From: Meyerozyma guilliermondii | Lineage: Eukaryota | Length of the DNA stretch: 64,000 nucleotides | Assembly (NCBI GenBank): GCA_051546255.1 | Contig: CP128816.1 | Location: 744,001-808,000 of the forward strand | Reading direction: 5' to 3' | Part shown: positions 39,996 to 51,551 of the stretch, piece after piece | How the letters are laid out: the number at the start of each line of letters is the position of its first letter | Numbering within the stretch: the first letter of the stretch is position 1 | Translations under genes and position numbers: made by a program | The notes under the pieces: model-generated | Seen by the model: only the letters and a program-made list of their open reading frames with translations | The model's database searches: none | What the model was told of the DNA's origin: nothing

Positions 39996-41801
39996 ATGGC
40001 TGATTCAGATGCCTCCAAACCACGCAGTGGTTGGTTCCAGTGGGCCCTGCGACGTCTCTGGCGATTAGGGAGGCCAGGGAGACGTCCTGTGGTTTCTGAA
40101 AACGAAGAAAAGTACAATGGCAACAACTTACCTACAATTGGTGCTCCGGTTGCCTTGGTTCACGAAAAAAGAGAAGACAAAAATCCACTGGAAACAGCCT
40201 TTAGGAGGATAAACAAGGCTACAGTCGGACCAGAACTTCAAGAAAAAGAGCTGGTAGATCTTGAACGATCGAAAAAGTTGGCCGAACTCGAGAAACTAGT
40301 CAATGACTTGAAATCGTCAGCTGCAAGAAACACAGTATCAACAGGTTCAAGCCAAACATTCACAAATCAAACGGGTTCAAACCAAACGTCCATAAATCAA
40401 ACAGATTCAAAGCAAGCAGTACCAGATGCGACAGGCTCAAAGCAAGCAGCCTCAGTATCAGTAATATCTTCTGCTCCTCGTGTTTTACCCGTGCAGAAAC
40501 CAAGACCCAATGTCTTTACGAATACATTGAACAAAAGAGCTCAAGAACTCCTTATTCGTGACTTGCAAAATGCGTCTGCTGCAGCGATAGCTAAACAACG
40601 CGGTTTACGGCAGAAATCAAAAATCACGAAACCTGGTCTGCCATCCACCATTTCGATTCCACGACCAACTGTGCCTACTATGGGTCGTGGACCCAAAGTT
40701 TACAAAAAAAAGGTCACTTCATCAAGTCCTCGGCCTGCTCAGAACTCTGGTCAGAACTCTGCCCAGAATACTACTCCAAGACCAAGCGATGCCATATCTC
40801 CTGCCTCATCTTCTGCCTTACCTCCTGCCTCATCTTCGGCCTCACCTTCTGCCGTACCTTCTGCTGTACCTTCTAGCTCACATCCAGAATCGCTTCCTTC
40901 GAGCTCTGTACCACAACCTAGTCCAAAGCCGCGAATAGTGCTCACCGGATTTGATAAGCTCGTCTCCAACAAAAGGGAAAAAGAAATAGCGGAACGAATG
41001 AGAATGTCTCGTCCTACAATCTCGATCCAGAGTATCGTACGCACCAATAATACTGGCCCACCTCAGACAAAAGATGTGGACTCAACTCAGACGAAAGAGG
41101 TGGAAGAAAACACTAGTTTCGGAGAAGAATTTTACCACTCGTGGGTCAACGGTACGCCGCGAGACAACGTGCCTCATACAAAGAAAGTGAAAGCTATACG
41201 GATTAATCCTTCGTCATCTGAGGGGTCCAGGTCTCCATCACCCACAGGGACAAAACCCAGCAAGGTTGATAAAAAGGAAAAACGATTGTTCGTTTATTCG
41301 GACTCTGAAGACGAAGAAGTCGAAGAAGTGAGCAACCACCAAAGTGACGATGCTCCTGTCGCTAAAAGACAAAAACCCTCTTCATCATCTCAGGTGGCCG
41401 TCATTACGCAACACACACCAAACAAAAACTTGGTCACTTTACCCCCAATTGCCCATCTTCAACAATCAACTCCAAATCAAGTTGTTCTTCCTCCAATACG
41501 AAACCTCAACACAAAATTTCAACTGTCACCACAACCTCAGCCTCCTACCCCACAGAATGTCGAACATAGGCTACAATTAAAACTGGTGGGTCCAAGGCTG
41601 TCTCCAATAGCTGCTCGCTACTCGCAAAGTTCCTCGCTGCAAAATTCATATGCTAGTTCCCAATCAGTACAAAACACTCCGGTTCAATTTGAGCGACCTC
41701 GAGTTCTTCCTATCAAACTGAATTCCAGGCAGATTGCTGATGTGATGCGAGATCGCTACTCTCAGACAGAAAACACTAACGTGAACGGCCAGCTTAGTTA
41801 G
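39996..41801 (+). CDS. Uncharacterised Ser/Pro/Gln-rich disordered protein
   Basis: About 600-aa open frame filling the gap between ECM32 and the next gene; in-frame internal repeats; no recognisable domain. Confidence 0.7.
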   Translation: MADSDASKPRSGWFQWALRRLWRLGRPGRRPVVSENEEKYNGNNLPTIGAPVALVHEKREDKNPLETAFRRINKATVGPELQEKELVDLERSKKLAELEKLVNDLKSSAARNTVSTGSSQTFTNQTGSNQTSINQTDSKQAVPDATGSKQAASVSVISSAPRVLPVQKPRPNVFTNTLNKRAQELLIRDLQNASAAAIAKQRGLRQKSKITKPGLPSTISIPRPTVPTMGRGPKVYKKKVTSSSPRPAQNSGQNSAQNTTPRPSDAISPASSSALPPASSSASPSAVPSAVPSSSHPESLPSSSVPQPSPKPRIVLTGFDKLVSNKREKEIAERMRMSRPTISIQSIVRTNNTGPPQTKDVDSTQTKEVEENTSFGEEFYHSWVNGTPRDNVPHTKKVKAIRINPSSSEGSRSPSPTGTKPSKVDKKEKRLFVYSDSEDEEVEEVSNHQSDDAPVAKRQKPSSSSQVAVITQHTPNKNLVTLPPIAHLQQSTPNQVVLPPIRNLNTKFQLSPQPQPPTPQNVEHRLQLKLVGPRLSPIAARYSQSSSLQNSYASSQSVQNTPVQFERPRVLPIKLNSRQIADVMRDRYSQTENTNVNGQLS

Positions 41802-41907
41802 CACTACTCTACCCAGACCGACGGGTATACGTGGTGCATTGATGTTTTTCGCGCCGCACTCCGCAACTTCAAAGTAGTTACGGTGATATTGACAAGCCAC
41901 AGTCATC

Positions 41908-42570
41908 ATGATTTCGCCCAAATACTCGCTAACTAATTACTTCTACCCTAGTCTTTCGTCCAAGACACCTCCCAACGTGGTGAATCTTTACTTTGATTAC
42001 AATTGTCCCTTTAGCGCCAGATTGTATGTCAAGCTTCAAGACACGGTGATTCCACAGTTGCAGGAAAAACATGCAGACAAGTTCCAGTTTGTCTACGTCA
42101 ACGTTGTTCAGCCATGGCACCCCAATTCTGTGTTGTTGAATGAATTTGCACTTGTGGTGGGAAAGTTGTTGAGAGAAAAAGGAGGAGAAAACACCAATAA
42201 GCTTTTCTGGGACGTTTCCCGCGCTATTTACGACCACAAGGAGCATTTCTACGATCAAGCCAATGTGGAATTGAACAGAAACGAGATCTACAAGCAGATT
42301 GCGAAAATCGCCTTTAGCAAAGTCAAACTTCCATTCAGTGAAAACGATGTTTTGGACCAACTTACATTCAAGCAAGAACCGGTCAATCAGATTGAACTGA
42401 ACCCTGGAAACGGAGCCACAACTGACTTGAAGTATTTCACGAAATACTTGAGAAATGTAGGTGTTCATGTCACTCCTACTGTGAGCGTCAATGGTATTAT
42501 AGCCGACTCCGTTTCCAGCGGAACCGAACCAAATGAATTGGTTAAAGTGTTTGAATCTTTTTTAGGTTAG
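41908..42570 (+). CDS. DsbA/thioredoxin-fold protein
   Basis: LYFDYNCPFS, VQPWHP, GVHVTPTVSVNG (cis-Pro loop). Confidence 0.8.
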   Translation: MISPKYSLTNYFYPSLSSKTPPNVVNLYFDYNCPFSARLYVKLQDTVIPQLQEKHADKFQFVYVNVVQPWHPNSVLLNEFALVVGKLLREKGGENTNKLFWDVSRAIYDHKEHFYDQANVELNRNEIYKQIAKIAFSKVKLPFSENDVLDQLTFKQEPVNQIELNPGNGATTDLKYFTKYLRNVGVHVTPTVSVNGIIADSVSSGTEPNELVKVFESFLG

Positions 42571-42624
42571 CAAATTTATAAATTACAATTCAACAGGTGA
42601 AGTTTCGTACATGATTATCATAAC

Positions 42625-44427
42625 TCACGTAATTGCTAAGATAGCTAATTTACACTTGTCGTACATGTTGTGGTGGAATTGATCGTCAGTAGCGATTTCA
42701 ATTGTAGACAACTTGATCTGCGCCGAGTCTTCAAGACCCAGTACCGAACCAGTTTCTTCCAAAACAGCGTCAAAGTCATTTTTGAGGTAAATCCTGATGA
42801 TGTCATCCACTGGACGTCCATTTGCTAAGTCATCCAAACTCAATCGTTTATAAAGTTTTGATTTAAGGTCGTGCAAACGGAGGTTTGTGGGAAGTAAAAG
42901 CACAAAAATATCATCCTCGTAGTAAAACTTTACCTTGATTTTGGTGGGGCGGTCAGATGGTACAGAGGTGGAGGTGGAGTTGATGAGGTTTGCAGATGAT
43001 GAAGAGATCGAGCGGTTCAACGAGTCGGAAGACGTAGGAGTTGACAGCACTCTTGTGGCACCGGAGTTATTGAGCATGTTCGAGTATTGAGAAAGACGGT
43101 CTTGATGGTACATCGACTTCTGTGATATTGGCTTCAGCAGACGGTTTTCTTTCTTATCGATGAACTCACGGTCGAACCCGTTATCAAGAACATCAAAGAT
43201 CTTTAAAACCTCTTCACAACGAGAAATATGTGGTGGTAGCGCAATTAGATTCCGAAGATAGTAGTCCAATTTTTCTCGGCGTAGCTTTGATATGCTGTCG
43301 TTGACGTTGATGAGAGGGCCAGGAATCGAAGGAATGATTCGCTTCAGGTTTTCAATCTTGCCAGCCTCATACGGAAAGAGCTCAAGTAGCTTCACCTGGA
43401 GATCGTAGAAGTCTTGGTAGAAACGGTAGAGATGACGCACTTTGCCGTTGCTGAGACGAGCTATAACAAGATATTGGTAGCGACCATTATCCAACTGATA
43501 TGAGTCGACACTGGCTTCTAAAACGGACGCATTGAGCGAGCTAAGCGACAGTCTGTTAGATTGCGCGGAAGTATCTTTCTGGAAGAATTGCGTATTGGAC
43601 AGTACCACGGGTGTTTGGTTCGATATCGAACCAAGGGGAATGGTAGAAGCCTGGTAGCGGGCTGTTTGTTGTTTCCATTCTTCGACGGTGGGAATGTGAA
43701 ACGTCTCCACTACCTTGACAGTGTCGTCCGAGGGCGCTGTGTTATTAGGATTGAGAAGATCACGAATTTTCACATACAGGGCCGGCACGAGACCAGGGCC
43801 ACCAAGACGATTGATTGGCTTGGCAATGAACCACTCAAAACCATGGTGCGCACATATAATAAGGTTCTCGTCCTTAGCGATGTCTAACTCGTCGTCTCTC
43901 TCCGCCTTAAAGTCGAAAAGTGTGGTGGCATACAACGTTTGGTTGGAGTTGCGATGGGCCTGCCCCGCAGGACCAGACCCCGGACTATTTGTGCCATTTG
44001 CGTAAGCCAAATTTTGGCCCGAGCCCGCGGAACGGTGTCGGCGTGGACTGGTGACCGCTGGGTTTTCCGTGGTGATTGGACGAGACCGATTGAACACCTC
44101 AAAGTACGATGCGGGTACCATTCCTTTGGCATGAGTCATTGGGTTGCTGGCCTGGTACCAGCCATTCTCTTCTTCTGCAACCACGTGGAAGAAGTCGCCC
44201 TTGTCAAAACCGAGTTCTCCAGGACCCTGGACCTCGTATTTATACAAAGCTTTAATAACTTTTTGTGGCGAAGAAAGCAGAACATCCACGTTATTCGTGT
44301 CATGTAAACCCGAGCCTGTAGCATGAAAACCATAAGCTGAGCTGCCCGAGGTGACACGCGAAATTGACCTTTTCAGCTTGTCTGACAGGTCAGACAGGCG
44401 TTTCCCCTTCCTGAACGATTTGATCAT
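42625..44427 (-). CDS. BEM1: Polarity scaffold Bem1 (SH3-SH3-PX-PB1)
   Basis: Two SH3 domains, EWFIAKPINRLGGPGLVP, PX domain (YRFYQDFYDLQ), PB1 domain (KIKVKFYYEDDIF). Confidence 0.96.
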   Translation of the reverse strand: MIKSFRKGKRLSDLSDKLKRSISRVTSGSSAYGFHATGSGLHDTNNVDVLLSSPQKVIKALYKYEVQGPGELGFDKGDFFHVVAEEENGWYQASNPMTHAKGMVPASYFEVFNRSRPITTENPAVTSPRRHRSAGSGQNLAYANGTNSPGSGPAGQAHRNSNQTLYATTLFDFKAERDDELDIAKDENLIICAHHGFEWFIAKPINRLGGPGLVPALYVKIRDLLNPNNTAPSDDTVKVVETFHIPTVEEWKQQTARYQASTIPLGSISNQTPVVLSNTQFFQKDTSAQSNRLSLSSLNASVLEASVDSYQLDNGRYQYLVIARLSNGKVRHLYRFYQDFYDLQVKLLELFPYEAGKIENLKRIIPSIPGPLINVNDSISKLRREKLDYYLRNLIALPPHISRCEEVLKIFDVLDNGFDREFIDKKENRLLKPISQKSMYHQDRLSQYSNMLNNSGATRVLSTPTSSDSLNRSISSSSANLINSTSTSVPSDRPTKIKVKFYYEDDIFVLLLPTNLRLHDLKSKLYKRLSLDDLANGRPVDDIIRIYLKNDFDAVLEETGSVLGLEDSAQIKLSTIEIATDDQFHHNMYDKCKLAILAIT

Positions 44428-45138
44428 GAAGTGGAGGGAAAGTTTGAGATTTCGATTTTGATGCCTTAAGTTGTCTGCAGGAGCAGGGGTAGCAGGGGAG
44501 TGTGGAATACGGGCGAAGAGGAAGATAAAGGAGGGGAAGGAGTTGAGATAAATTGATTTTTGTAGTGGATTCGTATACAGCGGGTGGGTTAGGAAACATG
44601 TGTGAATGTTGGGGCCGAATTGACCATTTTTCGTGCTAATTGACCGAGGTGTATTTTACAGTGGTTGCAGCCAACCTGCATCGCGATGGTCGCGGCCGCG
44701 GCCGCGGCGCTGAGTCCCAATAGGGTAATATTTCTTGCAGGAGAAGGAAGGTGGAAAGCGACGAACAAATTGGTGATGAAAAATAAAGGGGAAAAGGAAA
44801 ATGGGGTGTTTGTCTTGATACAAGAAAGGGTGAAATCGTTGTAGAAGTGTATTAGAATAATTTATTTGGCGGTCGACTGGCGATCGTTTTTGGTCTGTTG
44901 GCTGCTCGTAGTATACGAATAGCCGCCGCAGTCGAAGGTTTCAGTGGAGAATTGTAATTGGACGGCTGGGCAATTGGGAAAAGAATGAAAATGGAGGTTC
45001 AGACAAGCCGAAATTGAAATCGATTCTTGAACGGAAAAAGCCGTTTTTTTAGATGAAAAAAGTTCTGATGAAGCTTCTCAATGCCAAGAAATTCGTTCTC
45101 TTTCGTTTTCTTTCCTTTACCTTCCTTTCTCTCCTTCC

Positions 45139-45675
45139 TCACATAAATTGCCCCAATACCTCGTCCATTCGCTCAGGGTACTCGAAATACCCCGGCTCCA
45201 TGCTAGGCGAGTACAGCTGCGAAAACTCGGAATCCGATCCTGTGCCCTCGAAACTTTCGGCATCCTCTTCTTGCGCTCTTTTTCGTCTTCTTGGAGTTCT
45301 TTTGGACGCCTCAAGCTGCTCGTGGTGCCGATACTTGGCCAAGTATATTTTGAGAATTTCCGCATAGCTCTCAAACCCAAGTGTATACATGGCCCACAAC
45401 ACATCTTCGCCATTGATGCTTTTCCGCTTCTCGTGCAACACGTTGTCGGATGCTTGACTCGTTATGAACGATATGAACTCGGAAACGCATTCTTGAATGC
45501 AAGTTTTGGATTCTTTGGAAAGTTTGGCATGCGGCGGAAGTGCCAGTTTCATCACTCGTGCAACTGGGTTAGAACAATTCTAACTTGCTGAATTATAGTA
45601 CGTACCATTGGCAATTGGAAGAAACCTGTCTTGTTCCTTGATTTCAAAATCATAATGGGTGTGTTGTTCACTCAT
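45139..45675 (-). CDS. HAP3: CCAAT-binding factor subunit Hap3 (NF-YB; Hap32-like); two exons, 45675-45606 and 45563-45139
   Basis: Spliced product reads [29 protein letters not shown]...[13 protein letters not shown]...KRKSINGED. Confidence 0.92.
45564..45605 (-). other. Spliceosomal intron, 42 nt
   Basis: GTACGT donor, TTCTAAC branch point, CAG acceptor. Splicing restores the conserved LPIANV. Confidence 0.9.
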
Positions 45676-45935
45676 GAAGATATTTCGCAGCAATTGCGAT
45701 GTCGGAGTTTCCACTTTATGCGGCGCAATTCTCGCGGCTGCAAATTGAACAATAGGCTAATGAGCAAACCCCTCCGGGAAGTTTAGTTGTTGGTCTGCTG
45801 AAATGCAGTTTGGATGATATGCTTGACATTTGAGTTTGGTCCATTTCACTGACTTGGTTCAGTATTTCACTGTAGAATGTAATGGCTTTCTTCGATAATA
45901 TTGCAATTCGTTTTCTTTGCTTTTCTATGCTTTTT

Positions 45936-48839
45936 TTACTGTAGCTTTTCCATTAGACCATTGATAATTTCGAGGTATACCTCGCAATCTGGGCATTCGT
46001 CTTTCAAGTACTCAAGAACAAAGCTTGTATGTTCGAGGTTAGACATCACCGATTGCTTCAGAATCACCGAGTCAACCATTTTGGCCATGTCTTCTGGACT
46101 CAGCACGTCAGGCTGGCCACTGAGGAGTTTTTGGAAAACCGGGTTTCGAGCACATTCCATCAACAACCCAGTAATTTTCAGATAAAGCAAAAACATATAG
46201 ATGACTCCAATCACGGTATTGCGGATAACATACCATGTACCTGGGTGTCTGTGCGACAAAATTTTGGGCATCGATAGCTTTGGAATGGAAATTAGATGCT
46301 GAACAAATGCTCTCAAAACTTTTGCTCGTGCTTCGTCGACGCTAGTAAGCTTGAACTTTAGCGGATCAGCTTTTGAAGGTTCGTCGTACTCAATGAGCAG
46401 CGAGAAATCCTCATCGGGATACAGCTTTTGGTACACGTTTGGAGCTTGCATCAAGTTCTGATAGTTGAGTTCGACATCATCCCAGTTGGAAAACCCCCCA
46501 GAAGACTCGTGGGTTGAAGACACATCGTCGCTGCTCAAATACTGCTTTGCGTTTTGTCGTGACATTTCCGTGTGAAGAACCGAGAGTACAGCTTCGAAAA
46601 GCTCAGACGGCCCAATTTTGTCCTCAAGAATCAAGTACACCAAAGGACGAAAAAGAAGTAACTTGGAGGAAACGATTCGACTTTTGATAAATATGATGGA
46701 TTCAGATTGCATCTTAATTAACAAATCATCGTCCATGAGAAATTCGTCCAACTGATCGAGCACGTCTGGTTCCTTGGAAGCAGGACTCTTGAGTTTCGTC
46801 CATTTCTTCTTGATATTTTTGTATATCTGTTCGTTGTTCACCTCTTGCAACACGAAATCTCGAACCTTTGGATTGAGTGAGTTGATAATGCCATTATACT
46901 GGTTCAAGTATTTGACCACATTGTGCCACACATGGCAGCTGCTGAAATCAGGGGAATCCCACGTTTGTGCTGTGACATGATCTTGAAGAAAAAAGTCTTC
47001 GTACATAAGGTTGTCTACTTTTCGAAACGCAATTTCCGTCAAGAAAAAGTACCACGATTGCCTGTCGACGTAATTATACGACAAAGCCTTCAATTCTCCA
47101 GGAACATCGCTTTCGTTGTCGTCTTGTGAAATGGCAGATCTTGGAACTTTGGGAAATGCAATGGGTGGAACGATATCATTGATTCCACTGGAAGGAACTG
47201 AAGGAGACAACTCCGTACGAAGCTCATTCTCAAGTTTGAGACAGCCCCAAAATAATAGATTGGTGCGTTCCTGAGCCGACTCGTCCAACTGCTTGTACTT
47301 GGTCCCTTGCAAATGATACACCATTTGCTGGCACGAAGTCACCACTTCTTTATAGGCTGCCAAGGGACGCAAAGCAAGAAGCTCAAATTGACTCAACAAA
47401 AGATGGTACATGATTTTGGAAGGGGAATGCTCCTCTGCAGTGGCAGGGTATAGGATGGAAATGTATCTGGCGTACTCTGCTATTAAGCGAGATAACTCCA
47501 TTCTGCTGGCAGGAAGATTTTCTGGAATTGTTGCATTGGAATCGAGGCAGCTGAAAGAAAGTGAGTCTCTTTCCGAGATCGAATTAGCAAACTCGGTGAT
47601 GTTGTTCAACTGAATCTCCGTGCTCAAAAGTCCCAAGGAGACAACCATGAGAAAAAATGGGGTGGATTCGCAGAGCCTCTTGTAGGCTTCTCTCCTGTAG
47701 AGGAGGTCTTTGGCACCACAAGATTTTAACGAAGATGAATATAATGACGATGGACCATCGCCTTGATCACTAAAATCATCCAAGATTTTGGGAAGCGTTA
47801 CCGACGGATGGGCTCTCTTCACGAGAATGAAGATTTCAAACATTCCCAAGATCTGCTGGATGTCCAAAATTGGAATTTTTGTGTGACAATTGAGGAAAAA
47901 TGAGTTGTACAAGCTGGTGACATTGGCAGCAATAAAGTTCTCGATATCTCGGTGGAATTGCAGAGAGCTCACCTGGCGCCATTTCTTGCCTATGGGATCC
48001 GGCAGAGGCCGCAAAAGTCGGCTACTTATACTCGTAATCTTCAGATCAACCGTCTCTTGGGATATTCCCGAGCACTGCTGGAAGTAGTTCCATCGAAGGA
48101 TGGAGCTGACGGACATGTCCCAGATGGCAGAGCGAACAGTATGTGTGACGGAGACAGAATCTGGAGCCCGTTCGCCTTTGATTTGTTTGACGTCTCGAAT
48201 GATAGCGTCCAATTTCATCATGATTGCCAGCGATGCGGCGTCCAAATTTGAGTAATCTTTGTATGGGTCATCCGACTTGTAGTGGCATTCGTGAATCTTG
48301 TTTTTTATACAAGATCCGCATTTAGGACGCACATTATCGCATTTGACTTTCTTTATTCGACAGGCATCACAGGCAGTGAGCGCTCTTTTTCGCGGTAAAT
48401 TCGCTACGGTTTTCGGACCAGCCGCCAGCCTTTCTTCTTGAATGCTCTCCTGCTGAGGGGGTTCACGCGGCGTATAAGCTGGCAGCCCGGAGTTTGGACG
48501 TGGTTGAGGTTTTTGGAACGGCTGCTCAACTTGCTGAGGCAACGGCGAAGATTGAACTTGCGACTGGTGAAAGTAGCGGGGATCTGTGCCACGCGAGTAG
48601 GTCTGGGGCCATGGCGGCTGGTCTAGTTGCGGGTGTACATAGTTCATAGTGTTGGAAGGGTACATTGGAGTACCCATGACATAACCAAGAGGCATCATAT
48701 AATTTTCAGGATTTGAGCCGGGAGCTTGAGGAAGTGGCAAATTCAGGGGCGGAGGTGGCTGGGGGGGACCCTGGTTTGTTGCTGGAAGTGGTGCTGGTGG
48801 ACCCTGATTTGGGTTTCGTGTGGGATGGTTGTTGTTCAT
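45936..48839 (-). CDS. Zn(II)2Cys6 transcription factor
   Basis: RKRALTACDACRIKKVKCDNVRPKCGSCIKNKIHECHY; Pro/Gln-rich N-terminus. Confidence 0.92.
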   Translation of the reverse strand: MNNNHPTRNPNQGPPAPLPATNQGPPQPPPPLNLPLPQAPGSNPENYMMPLGYVMGTPMYPSNTMNYVHPQLDQPPWPQTYSRGTDPRYFHQSQVQSSPLPQQVEQPFQKPQPRPNSGLPAYTPREPPQQESIQEERLAAGPKTVANLPRKRALTACDACRIKKVKCDNVRPKCGSCIKNKIHECHYKSDDPYKDYSNLDAASLAIMMKLDAIIRDVKQIKGERAPDSVSVTHTVRSAIWDMSVSSILRWNYFQQCSGISQETVDLKITSISSRLLRPLPDPIGKKWRQVSSLQFHRDIENFIAANVTSLYNSFFLNCHTKIPILDIQQILGMFEIFILVKRAHPSVTLPKILDDFSDQGDGPSSLYSSSLKSCGAKDLLYRREAYKRLCESTPFFLMVVSLGLLSTEIQLNNITEFANSISERDSLSFSCLDSNATIPENLPASRMELSRLIAEYARYISILYPATAEEHSPSKIMYHLLLSQFELLALRPLAAYKEVVTSCQQMVYHLQGTKYKQLDESAQERTNLLFWGCLKLENELRTELSPSVPSSGINDIVPPIAFPKVPRSAISQDDNESDVPGELKALSYNYVDRQSWYFFLTEIAFRKVDNLMYEDFFLQDHVTAQTWDSPDFSSCHVWHNVVKYLNQYNGIINSLNPKVRDFVLQEVNNEQIYKNIKKKWTKLKSPASKEPDVLDQLDEFLMDDDLLIKMQSESIIFIKSRIVSSKLLLFRPLVYLILEDKIGPSELFEAVLSVLHTEMSRQNAKQYLSSDDVSSTHESSGGFSNWDDVELNYQNLMQAPNVYQKLYPDEDFSLLIEYDEPSKADPLKFKLTSVDEARAKVLRAFVQHLISIPKLSMPKILSHRHPGTWYVIRNTVIGVIYMFLLYLKITGLLMECARNPVFQKLLSGQPDVLSPEDMAKMVDSVILKQSVMSNLEHTSFVLEYLKDECPDCEVYLEIINGLMEKLQ

Positions 48840-49031
48840 GAAAAAAAGTATGCATAGAAAAAGACAATAATGCAACGAAGACGTATGGAAGCAATGGTTA
48901 TGGAAAGCTGCGGGTGTGGTGAGTTTGGGGGTGGAATTATAGGTTTTGGTGACTAGTGGTTTTCGAATAAATAAAACAGTTGCACAGGCTGCGCCGCTTG
49001 TTGGTTGAATTTTGCAGCGCGAATCCTTGAA

Positions 49032-49040
49032 GTCACGTGA
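49032..49040. promoter_or_regulatory. Cbf1/Tye7-type E-box GTCACGTGA
   Basis: Full RTCACGTGA about 200 bp upstream of the Zn-cluster gene. Confidence 0.45.
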
Positions 49041-49423
49041 GTGCCAAGTGCGAAAGAATTGAGATTGAAGTACGCCAAAACGATGAATACTTCAAGAAGT
49101 CTCGATATATGAGCACTTGAATCAAGATGCATGTATCTATTTCAATTTAGTAGCCCCTTCAATTTCCGCACTGATGCCAATCCAAAAATGAATACGGTTT
49201 CAAGCAAATTGTTTCCAAAACTGTCCACCCTCTAATTCAAGAACAAGCCTTACTGAATCAATATTAATCAGACAGACAAGAATTCTATGCTATTCGAGGA
49301 AGATTTTGTTACTAAGGAATCCAAGAGACTTATAACTTGTCAAATGTATTGTAGCGCCTGAATCAACAAGAGTTTTGGCTGAAGAGATCAGCATGAACAA
49401 AATGATTTCTTCACCGGTACATT

Positions 49424-49508
49424 GTTTCTTCAAGTTTTGGATTCTTCAAGTTTTTGGTTTCTTCAATGATTTGTTTCGTCAAGTTTTTGGTTTCTTCAAT
49501 TATTGGTT
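49424..49508. repeat. Minisatellite, about 5 x 16-17 bp (GTTTCTTCAAGTTTTTG)
   Basis: Direct tandem copies visible in the sequence. Confidence 0.85.
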
Positions 49509-49645
49509 TAGTTGATTTGTTGGTTTCCGCTGCAATTATATTTGTCTTTTTCCTAAAGCACTTTCATTGTTCCTAAGGCTTGTAAGTGTCATTGAAATTA
49601 GAACACGGCGGAAACATCTCGAAAAAGAGTCAAGCTAAGTGTTGA

Positions 49646-49726
49646 AATGAAACAGATTGTTCAATGAACCAGAATGTTAATATGAACCAGATTGTTAAAA
49701 TGAACCAGATTGAAATGAAGCAGACT
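49646..49726. repeat. Minisatellite, about 5 x 16-18 bp (AATGAACCAGATTGTTA)
   Basis: Direct tandem copies just downstream of the enolase pseudogene stop. Confidence 0.85.
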
Positions 49727-49751
49727 CGCAACTATAAAGCTGATTGAAATC

Positions 49752-51077
<1,326 letters not shown>

Positions 51078-51551
51078 AGTTTTCGGAACATTTCAGCACA
51101 AGGATGCTTCATAGAAAATGAATCGGTTCCTCCGATTGCTCCGATAAGAGGCTTAAGGCAGACATATGCAGACCATAGGTTGCTAATTCCTACTGATTTC
51201 TACTGATTTTACATATCAAGTGCAGAGAAAGATGAGGGAAGTTGAGCCAGAAAAAGAGGTTAACGAATCCAAATTTCATCCAAGTGTTCATTCTTTTTCA
51301 CATTATTCACCTTGATTTGCAAGTGTTCTACATCAAATATATTCGCACGAAATCGAGATGGAACACTGTACTGAAGTAAAGAAAACTTACCAATAAACTA
51401 CATTCCGAGTTTACTAGTGGCATAGTCAAATCTTTATAAGTGCTACGAATTATGAATAGTCTAGTAATCACATAAATGGCTGCAATTTAGGCAGCTGGAA
51501 ATTTTCAAATGGCTGCAAATTCTTTTTAAATTACAGTGCACTCTTTGTTTC

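Noticed and set aside
49424..49726. Possible CRISPR-like array
   Set aside because: The units are contiguous tandem repeats without unique spacers, in a eukaryotic genome with no cas genes.
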